Part shown: in pieces, positions 57,753 through 64,000 of the stretch
Layout of the letters: every line of letters begins with the position of its first letter
How positions within the stretch are numbered: position 1 is the stretch's first letter
DNA from: Candidatus Latescibacterota bacterium
GTDB taxonomy: Bacteria > Latescibacterota > UBA2968 > GCA-2709665
DNA: 64,000 nt
Direction: 5' to 3'
Assembly: GCA_965226795.1 (NCBI GenBank)
Contig: CBDDDZ010000005.1
Coordinates: 2,208,001-2,272,000 of the forward strand
The notes under the pieces: generated by a model
The model's database searches: none
Told to the model about the DNA's origin: nothing
The model's input: only the letters and a program-made list of their open reading frames with translations
Translations under genes and position numbers: made by a program

Positions 57753-58568
57753 TCATTCCTCCGATAAATCTGCCGCGATAACACTGAACGCGCCTTTCGG
57801 ATGCGTCTCATATTTGCCCTGTGTCAGCGCTCTTTCAAGTGCGGATTTCGCATTCTCGATAGGACGCAGGTTGTGACCGTTCAGGACAATCTCAAAGTCA
57901 TAATTTTCAAGGCGTACATACCTGCGTCTCATTTCGCTGGTACTGACTTCGCCATTCATCTGCAACCGGATCCCGCCTTCCTGAATCCAGTACGATACGG
58001 TCGCACCATCGAACCCTCCCCTCCGGGATTGTCCATATATCGTATCCGCGCAAATCAGGACCCGGGATGTCCTGGAAGCCCTCCACAATAGCCACATCTC
58101 ACCTCGTTTATCTCCTCACCAGATCGCGCGAATGTTCCCGGGAAGTAAATCGCCATCTCGATATAGTTCATCTGACTTCAGTCTGATGCGTGACCTGGCA
58201 GGGTCCAACTCCGGACCGTATACAGGTATCCTGAACCGTTTGCAGAACCACTCTACATCTCGTTCGTGGTTTGGACTCGTGCAGACGACAGCTTGAAATC
58301 GACCATCAGCATATTCCTTCAGGGCATTCAGAGCCTGTCTACCGATGGGCTGTATCGGATCAACCAGAATAGATCCATCGGATGTGGAAAGCAAATATGA
58401 CTGTTGAATGTCGTTATTGCCCCATGTCGTCCATCGAACCAGCCCTGGCTTTGGTTTTGTCCCGATCTCGACGAGAAACCTGGTGCCGTACTGAATAGGG
58501 GTCTCCACAGTTTTCCCCTTTCTCCAAAGCGACGTACCGGCGAAAAACAAAATTCCGAAGCTGTGCAA
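57753..58568 (-). pseudogene. MBL-fold hydrolase-like gene with one in-frame TGA (58116-58118)
   Basis: ILVDP, TSPNHERD, ...IRAIW*GDKRGE..., LICAD, LNGH; both ORFs share a frame. Confidence 0.65.
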
Positions 58569-58631
58569 TGAGCTTGGAAACTGCCAAATTGGATCTGTGC
58601 GACATCGGAAAGGGCTGTGCGGAGTTGGACT

Positions 58632-59015
58632 CTACTGTTGCATCATCTGGATGAGATTGCCGCACGTATCATCAAAGACCGCCAGGATAACGTCTTCCCA
58701 CTCCGTCGGCTCCATCGTAAATGTTACCCCGCGCGCCTTCAGTCGCTCAAACTCCGCATGAATATCGTCAACGCCAAAAGCCGTCGCGGCGATACCCTGT
58801 TCGAATATTCCTTTCTGGTATGCCTTCGCTACCGGATTCTCGTTCGGCTCGAGCAAAAGCTCAGTCCCGTCCTGGTCTTCGGGTGAAACGACGGTGAGCC
58901 ATTTGAACTCCCCGACGGGAACATCATGCTTTTTCACAAAACCAAGCGTTTCAGTATAGAACTTCAGGGCTTTGTCCTGGTCCTTCACAAATACACTATT
59001 GAGTATGATTTTCAT
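58632..59015 (-). CDS. VOC/glyoxalase family protein
   Basis: VKDQDKALKFYTETLGF, WLTVVSP, AVFDDTCGNLIQ. Confidence 0.92.
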   Translation of the reverse strand: MKIILNSVFVKDQDKALKFYTETLGFVKKHDVPVGEFKWLTVVSPEDQDGTELLLEPNENPVAKAYQKGIFEQGIAATAFGVDDIHAEFERLKARGVTFTMEPTEWEDVILAVFDDTCGNLIQMMQQ

Positions 59016-59097
59016 TTTGGTGTCACCCCGGTTTGGTGGTCCGTTTCAAGCGTGGGCGTCAAGCCCATTCTTGATGAATTTCCCCGCAGGTCGTTTT

Positions 59098-59898
59098 TCA
59101 CGCAGCCATGAAGTCGGCAAAAGTACATCCCTTTGGATGAAGGTAGTTGTACTTGAAGTACGACTTGAATCCGATTCTCCGGTAGACTGGTTCACCCATC
59201 GTCGAGGCCTGTCGTACGGCAATCCTGTACCCCAGTTGACGAGCGTCCTCCATCGGAGCCAGCGTCATCGTGGTTCCGATTCCCTGCCTTCGGTGCTCCG
59301 GCGAAACTTCCACCTGATACAGCCCGGCATCGCCCGATGACAGAAACATCATCGAAACTCCAACCGGCTCACCGTCAATTCTCCCCACATAAAGCTTAAC
59401 CATGGGCGACTGGATGAGAACCCTGAACATCTGGAATTCGAATAACGTGAAGAATGACAGCCATTCACGTAGTGCCCGGTCATCACTCACCCGCTCGATT
59501 CTGAGGTCGTCCGGGACCGGATGTCCCCCTTTCATCGTGTCCAATCTTATCGCCATCCATGGAGGATTGTGATCCATCGCCACGAATCCGTTGCTCAACA
59601 GATGCGCTCTCAGATTCTTCGGCTCTGCTTTCGGACCGAACTTCAGGAGCGGCGGAAGCTTCCTCTGCTCAATTTCCTCACGAATACGGTGTATGCGGCT
59701 CTCGAGAGTTTCGTCGCGGAAGCGAGGCTCGACGAGGTAGTTCGGCCACCACGGCTTGCCGATGACCGCGGTGAAGTCTTCCTCCCTCAAGATGGTTTTT
59801 CGGCCCACGGCGGCGGCAAAGAGGAACAGATCGATGTTGTTCTGCTCGATCGCAGCAGTGACTTGGAAATCCGAAAGGTCGTCCAACATAGAACACAT
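59098..59898 (-). CDS. GNAT N-acetyltransferase
   Basis: VSPEHRRQGIG, QASTMGEPVYRRIGF. Confidence 0.85.
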   Translation of the reverse strand: MCSMLDDLSDFQVTAAIEQNNIDLFLFAAAVGRKTILREEDFTAVIGKPWWPNYLVEPRFRDETLESRIHRIREEIEQRKLPPLLKFGPKAEPKNLRAHLLSNGFVAMDHNPPWMAIRLDTMKGGHPVPDDLRIERVSDDRALREWLSFFTLFEFQMFRVLIQSPMVKLYVGRIDGEPVGVSMMFLSSGDAGLYQVEVSPEHRRQGIGTTMTLAPMEDARQLGYRIAVRQASTMGEPVYRRIGFKSYFKYNYLHPKGCTFADFMAA

Positions 59899-59908
59899 CT
59901 ATAGAGCC

Positions 59909-60508
59909 TCAGCGCCTGATTTCGCTGCGGAGTTTCGATACCAAGACCTCGTCGACGTCCGCAAATCGACACAATTCCGAAAGCAAGGTCTCCACATTCT
60001 CATCCGAATACGCCAGCCCTGGTCGACCCAGTTTCTGGCAGGCGCTGGTCATGTAGTGGTGCGCATCCCTTTCGCCCCGCCTGGATCGCTTCACCGCCCA
60101 GACGATATTCCAGAACGCGGACGTGGCGACAGACCAGTCCGGAAACGGTGAAGGCCATTTCTGAAGGGCGTCCCGGTCTGACCTGATATCGAGTTCTATC
60201 CTCCAAGAGACGGGATAGTCATGAAAATTGATCCGTACGTTCTGTGCCATCCGGTCGTTTTTCTGCTGTGGATCATACCGGACGGAAAGTGGGCCGAAAT
60301 GTCCGTTCAGACACTCTGCTAAAGAATCGAAGAATCCCTGCGTGAGTTCAACCTGGACATTGACTTCGAGGTCGACGTCGCTGTAATTATCGACTTTCCC
60401 TGTGGCGAATGAACCGATGAAGGTGACATTTCCCGGCTCGAGATGCCTCCGCAGGGCGTCGCGTACTGCGTTTCCGAACTGATGTATCGTCATCAAGCGT
60501 TTACCCAA
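59909..60508 (-). CDS. Nucleotidyltransferase domain protein
   Basis: IGSFATGKVDNYSDVDL. Confidence 0.8.
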   Translation of the reverse strand: MGKRLMTIHQFGNAVRDALRRHLEPGNVTFIGSFATGKVDNYSDVDLEVNVQVELTQGFFDSLAECLNGHFGPLSVRYDPQQKNDRMAQNVRINFHDYPVSWRIELDIRSDRDALQKWPSPFPDWSVATSAFWNIVWAVKRSRRGERDAHHYMTSACQKLGRPGLAYSDENVETLLSELCRFADVDEVLVSKLRSEIRR

Positions 60509-60804
60509 TGCTTATTGCAGATGTGTTCCCTTCATTCAGGTGAGAACTGCAAACATCGACGATCTCATAATCGACAAATCCAAGGGTTTAGAATTGGACT
60601 CCAAAGACAGTGATGTGAGTTGATGAGGGTGGCAGGGGAAGATCCTTATGCCGTGTGGTGATGGGATTGTATAGCCAGGCCTACAGTGTGAGCTGGCGTA
60701 AACGAAACCTATCCCCACGGATGGAGGATGGCGGTGGAGTGATGGGGGAGTCGGTCAGGAAGGACCCGGTGAAGTGGATTCCCATGACGTAACGAAGCAT
60801 AGAT

Positions 60805-63229
60805 TCAAGGAGTTAGCGTCTGGACAATACGGAAACCGATGGTGTAGTACCGCCTCTCAACGGTGCCCCTGCCACGGATCGCGGAACGAAGGATCCAGGG
60901 CTTACCGCTCCACGCGCCGCCGCGCAAAATGTGACGCGAGCAATCGCCGCTCACCCAGGCGGTGCCGTCCGGCGGCGCGCCCAGGTAACTGGTGGTCCAG
61001 CAGTCCTGCACCCATTCAGATACGTTGCCGTGCATATCATGAAGGCCCCAGGCGTTTGCATTGAAGGAACCCACTGGAGCCGTACTGGCAAGCAACCCGT
61101 CCCACTGGCTTCCACAGCCATCGCAGTTAGCCCGGTTGTTCCCGATGTCATCCCCCCAGCTGTACCTCGTCGTCGTGCCCGCACGCGCCGCATATTCCCA
61201 CTCCGACTCGCTCGGCAATCGGTACCGTTTCGATCCCTCCATCTCGTTGAGCTTACTGATAAATACTTGCGCATCGTTCCACGAGACCTGCTCTACGGGG
61301 CAATCCGGGCACCCCTTGAAGTGTGACGGGTTGCTTGCCATTACGGCCTCCCACTGCGCCTGCGTCACCTCGTACTTCCCTATGTAAAATCCCTGGTGGA
61401 TGCGTACCTCATGCACCGGACCCTCGTCCGATTCACGATGCACCTCGGACGGAGGGGACCCCATTTGAAACGCCCCCGGCGCAATCCACACCATCTTCAG
61501 CGATGCGCCTCCCGGGAGGGTTACGGCGCCCATACCCAATACTTCTGCCTGTAACCGCCTTTTCCAACCCGTTTGCCCGGTCGAACACCCGCAGAGTCGC
61601 TGTCTGGCCGCTGTCCCCGACTGCAATCGCCCACGCCATCGCACCATCAACCGAATCTGACTCGATCGAGACGATTTCGCTATCACTCGACTCCCAGATA
61701 TACTGTGGAGTCTCGGTCCCGAGGTACGTCACGGCCCGAAGGCGCACCGTATCACCTTGGGCAATCCTCAGTTCCTGTAGCCCATCGGAATCGGAACAAG
61801 GGAATGAATTGACGAACACGCCCTGCCGCACCGAACAAAAGTTCCTGCTATTGAAGCCCCACCTGATCGCGGAATTCAGCTGGTTCCCCTTCACGCTCAA
61901 TGCCAGCGTATGATTCCTGTCTCCCCGCTTTGGACTCAGGTAATTTAACTGGTAAAAGCTGTCCACCAACAATCCGATCTCGGTCTGGATCTCGCTAAAC
62001 TGGCCGGCCAGTTCGCTGACATCGATGAGCTTGAAAAACCCAGCATTGCCAAGCTGCCGCAGAACCTCCGGGTCAATCTCGTCCCCCAAGCCGATTGTGT
62101 ATATATTCCTATCCCCTCGCGCCGAAAGCGCTTCTGCGAGGGTATGGGATCCCTGTGTGTCGCTACCATCGGTCAGCATGACCAGGAACCCCTTTTGGAC
62201 TTCGTCTGTCGTATAGATATCCGTCCACCGCTCCATTCCGGCAATTACACTACCGTACAGATTGGTGGTGGAAAAGCCCAGACGGATCTCCCGTATCGCG
62301 TTAATCAAAGCCCCGGCCTCGCTGGTGAAATCCTGCAAGAGCACCGGCGTTTCAGAGAATTCGTAAAGGGCGATCTCTTGATGCTCGGTCATGTTTTCCA
62401 CTAAAGTGATCGCCGCTTGCTTGATCTGCTGCAGGTGTTGCTTTACGCTCGTGCTGGTGTCGAGCATCAGAACCGTCTTCACCCGGTAGGTGCGGGGAGT
62501 CGCCTTCCACTTTTGAACGCGCAAAGCCGACTCGGCAGGCGAAACCGCCTGATCGTCCTCGCGCACTTCGAAATGGCCGGCGGTCAGAGATGTCACCCCC
62601 CTATTGTCGGAGTCGAGCACTTGGAATAGAACATTGACAAAGCTGGGCAATTCGGTCGTGATCTGGTGCCCGATCAAATTGAACCGGAATGCTACCACCC
62701 TTACGGTAATGGTCTCGGCGGCTGTCCCACGCCGCCCATCATCTACCGTGAACGTGATGCGGTGCGTGTCGCCTTCGCCGCTCGATGGGGTCCAGCGGAA
62801 GGTGTTCCCGGACAGCGACGAGGCCCCCGGATGCCCGTTCACACGGAAGGACAGGTCATCGTCGTCCGGATCGGAAGCGACAAGCGTTATGGTCAACGTA
62901 ACGCCCATTGGTACGCCCTGGTCGCCAATCCGCTCCAACACTGGCGGCTCGTTGGGAACGGCACTTTGACCAAAAAACCCGGCGAACGCCAAAAAATCTG
63001 AAAAATCCACCTGTCCGTCGCTATCCAGATCGTACTTCGCTTCGTATCCGTCATCGCCTCGACTGGTCCCAAATTTACCTGCGAACGACAGAAAATCGCT
63101 AAATCCGACTTGGCCGTTGTCATCAAAATCCGCATCCGCCGCGGTCTGGGCATAAACGAAAGCGATCCCTCCGAAAATAATTCCCATCACTACCAACAAT
63201 CCACCGACAGTACCCTTCGTGAATTTCAT
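60805..63229 (-). CDS. Secreted multidomain protein: dockerin/EF-hand, Ig-like, vWA, Ig-like, FGE-sulfatase (frameshift near 61550)
   Basis: Signal peptide; ADFDDNGQVGFSDF; VDDGR; LDTSTSV and LTDG (MIDAS); next frame FQMGS, YEVTQAQW, RLPSESEWEYAAR, NAWGLHDMHGNVSEW, RGGAW, GFR. Confidence 0.8.
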
Positions 63230-63559
63230 TGCTTTGTCCCCGCCGATTGGGGAATTCCCCATTCCTGATCGCACTCTACACGAACATTCAACTGTCCATC
63301 TCCAAACCTGTGGAAATTCCAATAAACGAAATTTCTATCAACTCTCACGATGCGCCCAGACCAACCCACAACAATCGGAAATATACCTATTCGGGACTAT
63401 TCTGATTGCTTTCTGACTTGAAACCTAGTTCTACGCAAGAAAACCTTCAATGGTGAGTGGCTGCGTCAACTTCCGATTATCGGCTTTCAATTTCCCGCTG
63501 CTCACGACACCCCAACTGTTGCCTGAAGTGGATTCTCCCTCCGTCGTCGAACAAAGCTA

Positions 63560-64000
63560 CTACCGGCGCTTCAGGAGGAATATCAGCTCGGGCGTATCCG
63601 GCCCTATCGGCTTTCGGTCAAACGATCCGTATTCTATCACGCTCTCAAGACCGACAGCGTAGAAAAGCGCTTTGAGGTGAGGATAGGTGTAGACGCTCAT
63701 CTTGAATGGCTCAGCTTCCTCGGATAGAACCTGATCATCCTCGCACAGCCGGAAAATGAAGGTGCCGGAAAAAACCAGATTGACCGGGTCGAACCCGTCC
63801 TTTACAAAGTACCGCCGGAGCACTCGATCCGTCCCATCCCGTGCCGGCCACTCCAGCTCCAGAAGTTCCTCGCCGGCGCCCGACACAAGCTTGTCGAAAC
63901 GGGGATTGAATACGTCAAACGCGAGGATCCCGCCATCCGCCAGGTGTCTCCGGGCGTTTTTCAGGGCCGCCAGTTGATCGTCTATCGTGTACATATGCTG
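63560..64000 (-). CDS. SAM-dependent methyltransferase, C-terminal part (starts beyond the window)
   Basis: QLAALKNARRHLADGGILAFDVFNP...YGSFD. Confidence 0.75.
   Translation of the reverse strand, partial: QHMYTIDDQLAALKNARRHLADGGILAFDVFNPRFDKLVSGAGEELLELEWPARDGTDRVLRRYFVKDGFDPVNLVFSGTFIFRLCEDDQVLSEEAEPFKMSVYTYPHLKALFYAVGLESVIEYGSFDRKPIGPDTPELIFLLKRR

Noticed and set aside
58116..58118. In-frame TGA as selenocysteine
   Set aside because: No convincing SECIS hairpin downstream and the position is not a recognised Cys site; nonsense mutation or error is more likely
60805..60930. FGE/CLec C-terminus as a diversity-generating retroelement variable region
   Set aside because: No template repeat and no reverse transcriptase seen in the window

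Overview
A 64 kb accessory or 'junkyard' region with no rRNA, tRNA or CRISPR. Almost all non-IS genes lie on the minus strand and encode small stand-alone enzymes (GNATs, VOC/glyoxalases, NUDIX, HAD, histidine phosphatases, nucleotidyltransferases, methyltransferases, DMT transporters). At 1.6-4.5 kb there is a run of integron-type gene cassettes whose attC-like sites pass the R'/R'' complementarity test; no integrase is in the window. Mobile DNA includes two IS1380-family elements, an IS630 nested in an IS1595 relic, two copies of a 160 bp MITE, several small palindromic repeats (one self-nesting) and a 756 nt ORF-less group II intron whose removal restores the frame of an ABC permease. Several toxin-antitoxin pairs have lost the toxin and kept the antitoxin. 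The best candidate for an undescribed system is a plus-strand four-gene operon at 51.5-56.9 kb with its own sigma70-like promoter: unknown protein, degenerate DUF2791/BrxD-like ATPase, intact DUF2791/BrxD-like ATPase, SNF2 helicase, with none of the BREX or Shango partner genes. Two secreted proteins carry dockerin/EF-hand-like tags, suggesting a Latescibacterota/Gemmatimonadota-like host (inference). Many single-base frameshifts may be decay or assembly error. All family calls are by motif recognition only; no searches were run.
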